Origin: Haliotis rufescens
Taxonomy: Eukaryota
Direction: 5' to 3'
Assembly: GCF_023055435.1 (NCBI RefSeq)
Contig: NW_025963890.1
Span: 42,346,001-42,410,000 of the forward strand
Length of the DNA stretch: 64,000 bases
Shown here piece after piece: positions 1-12,368 of the stretch (the stretch's first letter is position 1; each line of letters starts with the position of its first letter). Both the position numbers and the translations under genes were made by a program. The notes under the pieces were generated by a model, which had not been told where the DNA came from, ran no database searches, and saw nothing but the letters and a program-made list of their open reading frames with translations.

Positions 1-1396
1 AGTGTTACGACCTTGGGATGAATTAATAAATTAATTTGCACTTTTAGAAACGATTTTCTTTCGTGAATATTATTATTAAAAAATATCCAGTACATGGTAC
101 TTTTGGATTGCACTGCGGATTTCTTTTATTAATTTCTAAAACTGTTTGTTTTCCCCTTTCTGACCACGTGATCTCCTAGCAACCACGCCCCATGAGCGCA
201 TCGAGTTGCTGCTTACAACTGTCAAGAACTTTGCAATTTCGTTTGTCTTCAATATGAGCAACAAAACATTTCCATGTGAAGCCTAATTTGATGAAGAGTT
301 GTTCGAGATAATCAGGGAGCCTTTGGCTATTTCCATTATGACATTGGTGACTTTTTTGTGGAGAAAGTTTCAATTCGAGATGACATCATTCCGAATCACA
401 AATCGAATCGACAAGATGGCGCCTCTCTCCCCGCTCTTGCAAGTGTAACAGAAACTTCAGGGACGTTCAGACAAATTCAGGGAATCAGTGACACGGCGAG
501 ATTTCATTGTGGAACCAGATGAAGCCGAATATGTATGTTCACATTTCTTTTGTCAACCATGCGTGACACGGCACAGGCAATCGCAGTTAGGGAATGGTGC
601 GGCCACCATGTTGCAGACATTCGTCGATTCGAACACATTGCTTCTGGACTGAGCTAAATAAACGAAGTGTTTGGAGAGATCGCAGATACTTGGACTTGAA
701 GAAACGGATATTAAACGTTGTAGCAGATGAAGGATTGGTGTAGACAAAACAGGAAAAGGATCCCAGATAGTATTTTAAAACTTGTGCACGAAGTGTATTC
801 AAATACCCCGAACAAAAATACATGTGACAAGTGTGGATCTAATGGTCAAATTCAATTTTGTGTGTGAAAATTCTGTGAAGGAAAAGGAAATTCATAATTA
901 AAGTTGTCTTGGAATATGTGTATTAGACTTTTCGTTTATCGTAAGTATAATATTATCTGGATACGCCTTATGTAGGTCAAAACATCAAGTATATTTCGTT
1001 ACTTATTTAGCAGTTGCTTATGTGCATTGTTATGTTGATACACGTGACACATTCATCTATTGTAGTTAAGCTGAGAAATATTGGCGCAACTTCTGGCGCT
1101 TCAAATTACGCCCCTTCCCTAACAATAGTTGAAAAATCTGTGTAATAATTTAAGTTTTATAAATATGATCTGATTATTGTGTGGCACATATCTAACTGTT
1201 GAATGCAAATGACCACAACTAAAACAAATATCTCTAATTTTCGGATTGAACTGAAAGAATCGTGTCGTCAATTTCGTATTTAAGTATTGTCACTGTTACA
1301 TTAACCGAAACCGATGTTCTGCTGCTGGTCTGCCGTAAAAATAAACAACGCAATGCACTTTGACCACAAATACATTGAATGTGTCACATGTACACA

Positions 1397-1930
1397 TGAG
1401 AGGACTTCCCGCAACCTATGCCTGTTGCTGGGGACCTATACACCTCTAATCTGCCCGGGTTACAACCCTGAGAGGAGTTCGCGCAACCTATGCGTGTTGC
1501 TGGGGACCTATACACCTCTAATCTGCCCGGGTTACAACCCTGAGAGGACTTCCCGCAACCTATGCGTGTTGCTGGGGACCTATACACCTCTAATCTGCCC
1601 GGGTTACAACCCTGAGAGAACTTCCCGCAACCTATGCCTGTTGCTGGGGACCTATACACCTCTAATCTGCCCGGGTTACAACCCTGAGAGGAGTTCGCGC
1701 AACCTATGCGTGTTGCTGGGGACCTATACACCTCTAATCTGCCCGGGTTACAACCCTGAGAGGAGTTCGCGCAACCTATACCTGTTGCTGGGGACCTATA
1801 CACCTCTAATCTGCCCGGGTTAAAACCCTGAGAGGAGTTCGCGCAACCTATGTTTGTTGCTGGGGACCTATACACCCCTAATCTGCCCGGGTTACAACCC
1901 TGAGAGGACTTCCCGCAACCTATGCTTGTT
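1397..1930 (+). repeat. 72-bp minisatellite, about 7.3 copies
   Basis: Unit TGAGAGGACTTCCCGCAACCTATGCCTGTTGCTGGGGACCTATACACCTCTAATCTGCCCGGGTTACAACCC starts at 1397, 1469, 1541 ... 1901. Confidence 0.97.
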
Positions 1931-2105
1931 TTAAGAAGCGATACTGACTCGTTCCTCTGGTTGATGCATGTCATCGCATCTCAACTAATTTCGTTGATCG
2001 ATCCTCATGGTGTCGGCAACTGGATTGGCTGGTCCAGAGTTGATTATTTAACGTCATATAGCTGGAATATTGCTGTGTGCGGCGTTAAACAACACGCAAA
2101 CAAAA
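1910..2105 (+). mobile_element. Degenerate copy of retroposon family 3
   Basis: Matches 21550-21821 (GCAACC.ATGCTTG ... TCATATAGCTGGAATATTGCTG.GTGCGGCGT.AAAC). Confidence 0.7.
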
Positions 2106-2536
2106 AACACATTTGTGCCGACATGGTAAGGTTTTCAAACCATGGGCTGAGTTAGCATACGACTGACATTAGATGTTTAACAGTCAGGCTGCCATTCATA
2201 TCAGTATGTGCTTAAGTAGCCAAAATGATGTTTAGTTATATTTACACTCTCTTCATCACTTTTTGGTTTGTCACGTGTTACATCAAGATACAACCTTAAA
2301 GGTTACTTTTTCTTCTGACTTAGTGTATGCACTGCACGGCGCACTGAACGCTAGTGTGTTCAGGGTGAGTAAGTTCTTGATGACGAATACTTAGCATGAC
2401 TGTTGTAATAAGGAAGGGGGAAGCTAAAACTCGCGTAAAATTGTTCTATGAAGTGGCTACTTTCAATATGAAGAGTGGCTGATGCCTAGTCACAAGTGTC
2501 AGTCAATTCCTTAGAACCAAATCTGCTGGTCTCAAA

Positions 2537-5500
2537 ATGGGGAAAACTGCAGTAATCATGACAACCATCTGTTTCATCGCATCAACTTACGGTGAGTTTC
2601 AAGTTTCACTGAATTCTATAATTTCAATAAGAGTCGAAGCGGGTAGTCGAAAATAAGATTCATATAACGTATTCATCCATTCTCGTTCACTTGTATTGTT
2701 ATCTAACACATTCATACAAACAAACTTGTGTTTACTGTGTTTGCTTAAACGATTGATCACCGCCTCCACAATGAGCGTAAACACTGGCGGACTATAGCAT
2801 CCAAATCCATCGTTTCGATTGCTAGTCTTTGCTCAATGAATAATAACCCTCAGTTTATGCAGCATTGTACCCTTTTGTTAAACCAAATGCAAAATACATT
2901 CTTCTGAAAGGGAAAGTTAAATTCCCTTTTGACTATATAGACCAATTCTTATCCGGAATGCCCACGTAATTAAATACCTACCACACGAACTATAAAAATC
3001 CGCTGTTTCTATCTATGAGTTTATTCAAAACACATGTTCCAGAGAAATGTGAATGATTATCCCAGAAAAGGCTGTTTTCGTTTTGAAACGTTACGCTCTA
3101 AATGAAAATCATTGTCGCAATACTGAGTACACATTTATTATACCCAGCCATGCTTCACTTCACATGTTAAGTTTGTGCACAGCTATTTGAAATATCCATT
3201 GTCAGTTCTATGGGTTTTATTTCCGTGTCCCGTACATTTATAAAGCGTGCGTGTAACATTTAGGAGGACGATGGTTTTGTACATCTGTTTCCGTTTCTCA
3301 ATGTTTAAATGTTTGTTAGCATCAAACATATTTGGCAGTATCATGATCACAATGTATACGTTTGTATTTATATTGAAATATGTATAAGGAAAATATCCCC
3401 AGGCCATGAATAGCTTGAAAGGTTGTATGCAGCAGTGAAAAAAACCAGAATTCGGATGAACAGTTTATGTATTCTGTCCTTGACGGGTTTCAGCTTGTGA
3501 AGACACTCGACACTGTGTGGACATGGAATGCGAGTACATAGATCGTCACCCAGTGTGTTCACATGGGTGCAAAGATGGCAGGTCAGGTCGATACTGTAAA
3601 GAAGAGTGTATCAACTGGTGTGTGGCGTGTAAAAGAAACGCTCCTCGTGAATGTACCAAATGTACAAGTGGTCGTTATGGAAACAGATGTGAGGATTTCT
3701 GTGGAAATTGTACAGGCGGCAACTGTTCCATCAATGGAACTTGTCAAGATGGTTGCATCCTTGGCTTCTGGGGAACACACTGTAACCAGCGGTGTTCTCA
3801 ACACTGTACGGATGAAGGAATGGCCAGTCCCTGTGAACATCATACAGGAGAATGCATCAACGGTTGTAAGGACGGATACTTTGGGGAATCCTGTGACGCC
3901 ATGTGTCCAGATGACTGTGAGGGGTGTAACAGTACAAGCAGAGATTGCAAAATATGTAATGACGGGTTCTATGGTATTGAATGTTATCATCCTTGTCCAC
4001 AGAACTGTAAGCAGTGTCTTGATTCAAACACAACATGCAAGACTTGCTCGGATGAGGATGGGATGTGTTCTAGAGGTTGCACTCATGGTTTCTATGGCCC
4101 GACGTGCAATCAAACATGTCCACAGAACTGTAAGCAGTGTCTTGATTCAAACACAACATGCAAGACTTGCTCGGATGAGGATGGGATGTGTTCTAGAGGT
4201 TGCACTCATGGTTTCTATGGCCCGACGTGCAATCAAACATGTCCACAGAACTGTAAGCAGTGTCTTGATTCAAACACAACATGCAAGACTTGCTCGGATG
4301 AGGATGGGATGTGTTCTAGAGGTTGCACTCATGGTTTCTATGGCCCGACGTGCAATCAAACATGTCCACAGAACTGTAAGCAGTGTCTTGATTCAAACAC
4401 AACATGCAAGACTTGCTCGGATGAGGATGGGATGTGTTCTAGAGGTTGCACTTATGGTTTCTATGGCCCGACGTGCAATCAAACATGTCCACAGAATTGC
4501 AAAGACTGTAACGAATCAGGTTGTCAACAACCTTGTCCTGAGAACTGTCTTCAGTGTAACATGACCGGGAACTGTGATGACTGTATGATATTTCTGCGTA
4601 GTAGTAACTGCGCCCTGATCTGCCAAACGTGTCCGTCCGTACGTCCGTATATTAACTGTACAGTGGAGTGTAAAGACGGTATTGATGGAGCAAGGCGTGA
4701 CATTACAACTCAACTGACAAGGACTAAGGACAACGAAGACTTCTTTGGCAAATTATCAGAGCTGATAAAAGAAAAAGGTGTATTTTTTTGTTAGTTTGTA
4801 ATAAGGTCTTGCATCGATTGTGTTGTCACTGAAGGCTATGTTTATCATATCCTTTATAGTTTATTGAAGACCCCAACTTGACAATCCAGACATATGAGGT
4901 GAGGTGAGGTGAGGTGAGGTGAGGTGAGGTGAGGTGAGGTGAAATGGGGTTTAACGTCGCGTCCAAGATTATTGCAATTATATAGCGACGTGCATGCACG
5001 TGTATGTGTGTGTGTGGCTGCTTGTACTAGTCCGGACTGCTGCCGATTTATAGTGCTAGCCCACGGAGATACCATGCCGCAGTTTAACATCAATATCCCA
5101 CTCAGACACAGTATACTGACTCCAAGCCGACCAGTCCTTGCTTCAGCCCGAAAATGCCGAGCGCCAGACAGGGTAACAAACAATTACCATCTTTTAACGT
5201 CTTTTGGTATGACGCGGCCGGGGATCGAACCCCGGACCTTCCGCTCTCCGGGCGGACGCTCTACCACTAGACCACGGAGGCGGTCCTCCAGACATATGAA
5301 ACGCGCATACGAAATAAAAGACCTGCAATTATGCCTCTCCTGACATGCATATAGCTAAAGCCACACATTTAAAAAGCCACAATGAACACAAACGAACAGC
5401 AGGTACACGTACATGCATGTTTACTACGTTATCTGTTCTCATCATCTTATTTTTTTTCAGAGTATCTTCTTCCATTTTTGGCCAGTGCTCTTGTTTTGTG

Positions 5501-7010
5501 CATAGGTCTCTTGGCCTTCATTTTGTGGAAATACAAGTAGGTGAAACAGGTTCATGTTATATGAGGCAAATGTATTAAGAAACCGGTTTAAAGTGAATTC
5601 TACCTTGACATTCGGTATCGATTATAGTTGAAAAATATTTTTATGAGCAGTCAGCAATACCTCAGCTTCATTTAGTCCGCCCTAGAACCCTGAGGGTTTA
5701 ACATCCGCGTTTAACAGTAATCTAGTTATATTGCGGCGTGTCAGCTTCATGTAGGAGGACAGCCCAAAGTGATGCAGGTCTCAGACGTTTACCACTTCGG
5801 TGAAACCCACGAGCACGGGCATGGTGCTCACAAACCTAGAAACATAATAGGGGCGAACCAGGATTTGAACCCACAATCATAAGTTTCTGGCGTGACCAAG
5901 GGACGTAGCTCTGCAGAGCGCATCGCGGTGCCTTAGACGACTGGGCCACCCGTGCCCCCGAATTTTCAGTGATGTTGATCTTATTGTCTCTAATAAATCT
6001 CTCTTATAAAGTACGTTATCGGATAGGGGACAGACGCTGGTTAAAACTAATCGTATTAATCCATGAAATCGTAATAATCCACTCAACCTGCCTCATGCCT
6101 TCCACCGCCAACCACCACTTATTAAAGTTAAGAAGCAACGAAATGCATCAGGTGGTCAGGCTCGGTGACTTACTTCACTCTGTGTCGTGGTACCCACGAC
6201 ATTACAGATGTTTTCTTTTTACCTTAAAACAAATATTTATGTCTTATTATGTCCACAAAATGAATGATAGAAGCATTGGTGTCTGGTGTGATGCATATCT
6301 GATACATCCTTATTTCTCCCAGGAAGACCCGCAGGGAAAGACTTTCAGCGGCGAACAATGGCTGTTTGGCATCAGAGGAAGAAGTGTTCCAGAAATGTGG
6401 AGACATTTACCACGAAATACACGATGAAGATCTGGATACGAACATGTCTTTCATACCAGCAGGACAGAGACCGCTACCCGACAGGCCCAGATTACCCATT
6501 CCCCTTGAAGCAGTAACCAGTGCCGTAGACCATGCCTGTTCCTTAACAGAGACCGGTGCGAGTGGACACTCGTCTGTCGGGTATCTGACGCCTCAACAAA
6601 CGCAAGACGTAGAACAGCCAAGATACACGTCCTCTAGGACTGATGATGGTGTATACCTTGATGCTCGGCAGAGTAATAACACTGAATGTGTTGGTGAAAC
6701 CTCGTTTACTGTCACACCTGAGGAAGCTGGTAAGAGGCACCTGCTTCAAGGACATTCATCTGCCGGGCGAACAATCAGCCATGTCACGATGTCAGCCAAT
6801 GCAGAAGCTTTGATGCGAGATATCAGGACTAGAAAATGTGGAAAAAAGCACCTCTCCTGCGGTTCCAGAACGCACCTTGGCTATTGTTTTGTATCGAATG
6901 ATGCTCCTCAAACTACGAATGAGGATAAAGCTGATAAAAACCTGTTCAATGTACGTGTTCCAGTATGTGAGAAGACAGTGTTCAACCCAAATGGATCGTG
7001 TGGATTTTAA
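2537..7010 (+). CDS. Receptor A: multiple EGF-like-domain type I membrane protein (MEGF10/SREC/Draper-like), about 700 aa; join(2537..2591,3494..4777,5461..5536,6323..7010)
   Basis: All introns are GT-AG with consistent phases (1,1,2) and the join is 2103 nt, in frame. Exon 1 MGKTAVIMTTICFIASTY is a signal peptide. Exon 2 is Cys-rich with repeated C..G(F/Y)(Y/W)G..C motifs (ORF 3517..4794). Exon 3 YLLPFLASALVLCIGLLAFILW is a TM helix followed by KYKKTRRER. Exon 4 matches ORF 6366..7010. Confidence 0.88.
3994..4485 (+). repeat. Coding tandem repeat, 4 x 123 bp (41 aa) inside exon 2 of receptor A
   Basis: CPQNCKQCLDSNTTCKTCSDEDGMCSRGCTHGFYGPTCNQT occurs four times, nearly identical at DNA level. 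Confidence 0.97.
4898..5286 (-). mobile_element. tRNA-headed SINE (family 4) with (CTCAC)n tail in intron 2 of receptor A
   Basis: A box TGGTCTAGTGG and B box GGTTCGATCC on the - strand; 13-bp TSD TCCAGACATATGA at 4885 and 5287; second copy at 33910-34086. Confidence 0.9.
5693..5959 (-). mobile_element. SINE family 2 (long tRNA-like head) in intron 3 of receptor A
   Basis: Similar to 19703-19979, 21053-21334, 30370-30643 and 53946-54225; B box GGTTC(G/A)AATCC. Confidence 0.85.
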
Positions 7011-10000
7011 GTATAAAGTTGCCTTGTTTGTCGAACCTACCTATGATGATCATATGGTTTGCTTTTTAAGGATTCTGTAATGTCAATTGATGTATAGTTG
7101 TTGATGCAGGGCGGATCCAATACAACACTTGGCCTGCTCACTGTATGCCTGTGTTATCTATGTGAATAGTTGTGTATCATTGTGAATTAAAGTGAATTAC
7201 CATTAATGAGAATCAACATAAAATTGTAAAACTGTTATTCTTTACCATGGTCTTCTTCCCACATAAACTATATCAGATTAACTTCAGCTGAACTACAGCT
7301 TACATAAGCAAGCAAATATAAGAAATTGTATGCTGCGCCTTATTATAAATTCATCTTTTACGACTGCGAATTGTGACATAAGTGGACATATTATTAGCAT
7401 ATGACGACCAGCGTTACCCTTCGCCCAAATTACTTGCCAAGACAAGATAAAGGGCGGTGTACAATATTAGATGGGTGGAACTGCCTCATTTCAATTGTAA
7501 AACATGGTTCTCTGACACAGTTCCGTTCCCACAAAGATTGTGTTAAGCTGGGTGACCATCATTACCAACTGTCAAGTTACCAGTTACATTTTAAATTGGG
7601 AATGAGTTAAGGTAAAGTGTATTGTTATGTTAACATCGCATATTTCGCTGTGTACAGTATACAAGTTAAAGTGTTTCACCCTTCTATCAAGTTGGAATGT
7701 TGCACCAAGTCTTTATGCAAGGTGATGGAAGTTCACATGAATATTACTTTATCCCGTACTTGGGAAACTACATACCGTTTAAATGGAATATTTTGTCATC
7801 TAAAAGCATATAAAGTTATACCGCCTTACTGCTGAAAGGACAATTTTGAGTTACTAAAAAGTACAACTGTATCTTCACAACATTCAGAAGACGTTTACAG
7901 CAGATTATAATTTATATATCTTAGATATTCAACTGTCCTAATACACTGTCGTTTAGGTAAGGTGACATTTTAATAACTTTTAGTCAATCATTTATGATGT
8001 CGATACATGTTTGTTTGGTTTCAGATGTCCGGGCGATAAATTTAACAAAATAAAAGCTATCTAGGAAGAAAAATGCCTGGAAGCTGTGTAAAATTAATTA
8101 TACCTTGAATCAGACATGTGAAATGTGTGAAGTTCATGCAATCATGCTATTAAAGGAGAATAAACACCCCAACAAAGGCACGTGTGAAGCAGGGGTTACT
8201 GGCGGAAATCTTTCAATTAGATATATTCTGAGACGGGAACTCCCCGGATAGTGAGCAAAATTTGATGTAAGTTAAGGTGTGATTAATATCACACAACTAC
8301 AACAACTATTTATTTATTTATCTTAATCTATCAAACCAGCTTTAATATCGTCCAATTTACAGTTTAGCCCCGACATCTATCAGCAAACAATAAGTGTATC
8401 TACATCAGCAATGACTTAGTAAACAATTTTAAAAGGCCACTTTACCGAAATAATTCTTTAATATGCATTTAGCACAGTTGAATATAAAATATATTAAACT
8501 TAAATCTGTGGTAAGCTTCTTATTCTGAATGCTGTCAAGATACATTTAAGTTTTATTATGACTCATTGTCATTTCAGCAGTTTTGCCCTCTACATTGACA
8601 TGCCTCTTTAAGATTATGATATATACCTGAATCCCTGGCTCAATCCCTGACTGCACAAGCTGAGGCACCTGCTTCAATCGTATATTGTATACCGGATGTT
8701 AACAAAACTAAACACTTTACCGTGATTCATTCACAGTTTTCAGTGTAAACTTGTACCCGTTGACAGTTGTGAAAAGACAAGCACCCATCTTAACACACAG
8801 CCTGTGTAGGGACGGAACACAATAGTAGCCAGCATATGTCCACAAGTTCAAATGGAAGGGAGGCAACTCTGAAATCTTTGAGGTACATATCTGGAATCTT
8901 AAACTACCTTTGGGAGACAAACAATATAACAAGTTGCACATATCAGAATATATATAATTAATAGCATCAAGCTATAGGAAAACATGAAGTAATAGTTTTG
9001 AGTTTCAAGACAATATGAACATTAGTTTTATCACAGTTGTGTATGTGTTTTCAAGCAAATACAAATGTGAAAATGGGGTTTGATAAATATATTTCGAATA
9101 GTATGGTACTCATATTACATACATACTATAGCCAAAGTTACATCTTGAGAAATTACTGCTTTATTCAAAGATGCAGACAATCCCATTTGGAAACGGTTTA
9201 GATACCTTGCCAACACCATATCCCGACCAGTCTCACATATTATAACAGCAATGTTTCTGACCATAAATTTTCTGACAAAAGATTTCATTAAAATTGTGTT
9301 TGACAAGAAAGTGTTATATATAAGGCATATGTGAATACTTACAAAATATTTTGACTTCCTTAAACAATATCTACCACATTCACCGTACAACTATTCGTTT
9401 CTATTCTGTTTCAAAATTAACATTTAACTAGCTGCAGTTACTATTCTCTCTCATCTGTTCATTGTGAAATATTTCTAAAATGTACATTCCAATACCTCCA
9501 AATACGTATACTTCTATTCTTAGAAATTGACTTCTGCCGGCCCGTAGCCCCCAATTGAGATATAGGACAACTCATATTAATCAGTGAATGAGAATATGTA
9601 GTAAATGCTGCAAATTTTTAACACTCGCTTGGGAGGACATACATGGGAAGAGAAATAGATGTAACTCACGTGAACCTTCAGACAGCAGTCAACACTTGAA
9701 ACTGACAAGCAAATGAACAGGAAACTGCTTCGTAATAGCGGAAGTGGCATGGCCGTTCAAAATCAAAATCACCTCTGTTACTGGGAAAATATTGAAAAGA
9801 ATATATTGTTGTGACAGAAAAAAAATAGCGTTGCATTAATGTCGGAAAGAATCATTTCAGGGTAGACTGCAGTATTTGGGTCCCCACTTCGGAACGAACG
9901 TTTTTACGTGTTTACGGAAGTTGTCGAATGAAAAACGTTCCACGCATGCGCACTTCGTTATTTACGGTCGAAGCGATAGGAAAATAGGCCGCCATTTTTT

Positions 10001-10344
10001 GTACCCCACCGAACGCTGTTGAATGTTTTAGGTGAAAAAGGGGGGTAAATGGGGGTGGAACCCCCTTTTTTCAAAATTTAAGGTAAAAACGGGCGTAAAG
10101 CGTATTTAAATAATATTCATCCTCACGTTTTAGAAAAGTACATATCAATTCGTAACTGCGGGCCTTGTGTCATTTAGCAGACGACACTCCCATATGTCGT
10201 TATGCGTTGTTGATGTTAGGGGATTATGTTTGAAACGGGTCACAGGTGCTATAGTTTGACACGCTCACCCGCTTCTCGCATACGATGCCTTTATCATGCG
10301 GCCTGTTGTGTCACGAAACACCTTCCCTCATATACAGCCAGCCT

Positions 10345-11145
10345 TATTATCCCCCGCCACGAAGCTGAAGGGGGATATAGGAATGTATACTTTCAGTCCC
10401 TCTTTCCGTCCTTCTTTCCGTCACATTTGTTTCCGGAGCAGAACACAAAAACCATGAGAGATATCCTAACCAAACCTGGCGCATAGATAGGTCTAGTGGT
10501 GATAGTATGTGATTTAAAAATAATTATATTTTCGAGTTTCCATGGCAACGACTTTGATTGGACTTAAAATGGGCGTAGTGCTCGTTTCCGGAGCAGATCT
10601 TGAAAACCGTACAATATTTCTTCAACAAACTTGGCACATAAATTGTAGTAAACAAAAAAGCATTAGATGAGATGACTAGATTGCGGAATGAAAGACTGTT
10701 CACCTGGGCACACCCTGTAGAGAACATTGATGGTGATGGACTCAAGGTGGCTTACTTGAATGTTCGATCCCTCAATGCTCATTTCGAAGATGTGAAGAAA
10801 GATAAGTTTGTTGAAGTGGTTCAGGTTCATTTCACAGAAACACACATCAATCATTACAGTGAAAGAGACCTGCAAGGATATCAAGCCTATCCAGGAAACA
10901 CTACACATGGTATTGCTGTGTATGTTTCTGCATTGCTTGTGTGTCTGTTCCTACAAAAGTGTTATGGACACGGTTGTCGTATTCGCTTACTGCAGAAGGC
11001 AAAACAACACCTGTAATAACTTTTTTTACTGCTTGCAATTAGGCCATTTACAAAAACGTTCAGTGAATATAGTTCACATGAGCAAATGCCTTGCACACAA
11101 CCGGACATGTCATATTGACGGGGGATATGAGTATTTGATGCTTGT
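10345..11145 (+). mobile_element. Non-autonomous Helentron/DINE-like element carrying an EEP endonuclease fragment
   Basis: 5' ATCCCCCGCC...GGGGATAT stem, TCCGTC-type microsatellite and two TTTCCGGAGCAGA core repeats. Fragment LKVAYLNVRSLNAHFEDV...FTETH...HGIAVYV (ORF 10672..11016). 3' GACGGGGGAT inverted to the 5' motif. Absent from the homologous site near 16515. Confidence 0.7.
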
Positions 11146-12043
11146 TATATATAACATACATATTTTACACATTAGAACATAACAAAATTCATGAGCCACA
11201 CGTTTAGGGTTATGAGACATCATCTTTACAGTAAAGAAATACGACACTATTATTAAAACATTCATTCATAGAATAATTCAGCAAAAGCTTTAAAATACAT
11301 ATGACTGACATGAATCATAAGAAATTTTCTAAAATTCATTCGAAGGTTTTGGCAGTTAAAAAAATGTCATGGCTGGACAGGATAAAATACATATTCTCTA
11401 CATCATTAAAATAGGTAATACTATTGCCCCTTTCTATACATTATCTGAATGACTGTTTCTGGGGGCAATATGCACAGGACGGTGCAGCAAAACATGAAAT
11501 TCATCTCTAACAACATCTTTAGAAATAAAATAAACTCTCTCATGAAGTGGAATGTTAGTAAATCTCCTAGTTTCTGCTCTAATTGGCGCGACGCCGGATT
11601 TTATACTGTCCAGTGCACTCCCATGCTCCCATGCTTCTACGCAAAAGATAATTCGGGTAATTCTCCACACTAACTAACTAACTTTTCAGTGATTGTATAA
11701 TCGTAGTGTGTGTGCTCTCTCTCCTCCTGTCAGGATAATAAAACATTACTATTGTTGAAAGTTTCCTAATACAACTTAGTTTTCCTATTGTAAACCTCTC
11801 CTGTTGTAAGGTTGTCGGCCATTGTTCTGCATGTCTCGTACAAAGCACACTTATGTGTCCAAATGAATGTGAGAGTCTATGTTGTGGTAAAACAGATAAT
11901 TGTTTGTAACATCTAACAACACTTTCAACTGAGGGTGTGTGTGTTTGTGTTTGGGGGGGAGTCTATCCCGATCATGAACTGTGTGGTAGTAGGCATGGTG
12001 CTCTGCCAGATGTCTTTTAGTCTTGGAAGACTGGAATTTCCAA

Positions 12044-12125
12044 TCGTTGATGAACAGATTGAACAACAAGGTGACATGAGGCATCCTTGGCGTAATCAAC
12101 ACTTGACACCAAACCATGAAGTTGA
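12044..12125 (-). mobile_element. Short LINE reverse-transcriptase fragment (also about 17345-17430 and 50480-50560 on -; 19180-19295, 20205-20322, 52295-52412, 53090-53210 on +)
   Basis: Copies translate to variants of FDVECGLRQGCLLS..FNL.IND, the RT QG motif region. Confidence 0.7.
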
Positions 12126-12368
12126 TGCATCATTAAACTATATCAGCTTTAGTAGCTTTTATTAAATCCAACTTATGCACCAAGACGAATGCATAGTTTG
12201 TGGATTATATAGACACAAGCATAGGTTTTACATGTATGAATAATCACTTCCAATGGTTATAAATTATGTTATTATACTGTGCCATAATTCTTGGAATAAC
12301 TACAGTTGAAGTCATCAACAAAATAATAAAACGTGTGGTTCATAATCACAAGGATATTGTAATAACAC

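Noticed and set aside
176-830. Short ORFs at the window start
   Set aside because: No recognisable motif or consistent exon structure; could be a transposon relic but cannot be supported.
1314-1974. ORFs of 169 and 196 aa on both strands
   Set aside because: By-products of a 72-bp (multiple of 3) minisatellite; no splice or domain support.
3563-4564. Long overlapping alternate-frame and antisense ORFs (also 28825..29397, 58979..59524, 3583..3990, 58972..59439)
   Set aside because: Expected shadows of TGT-rich repetitive Cys coding; no independent features.
2537-7010. Assigning MEGF10, SCARF1 or drpr symbols
   Set aside because: No EMI domain or NPxY seen and a different exon structure; these look like lineage-specific paralogs and orthology is not supportable.
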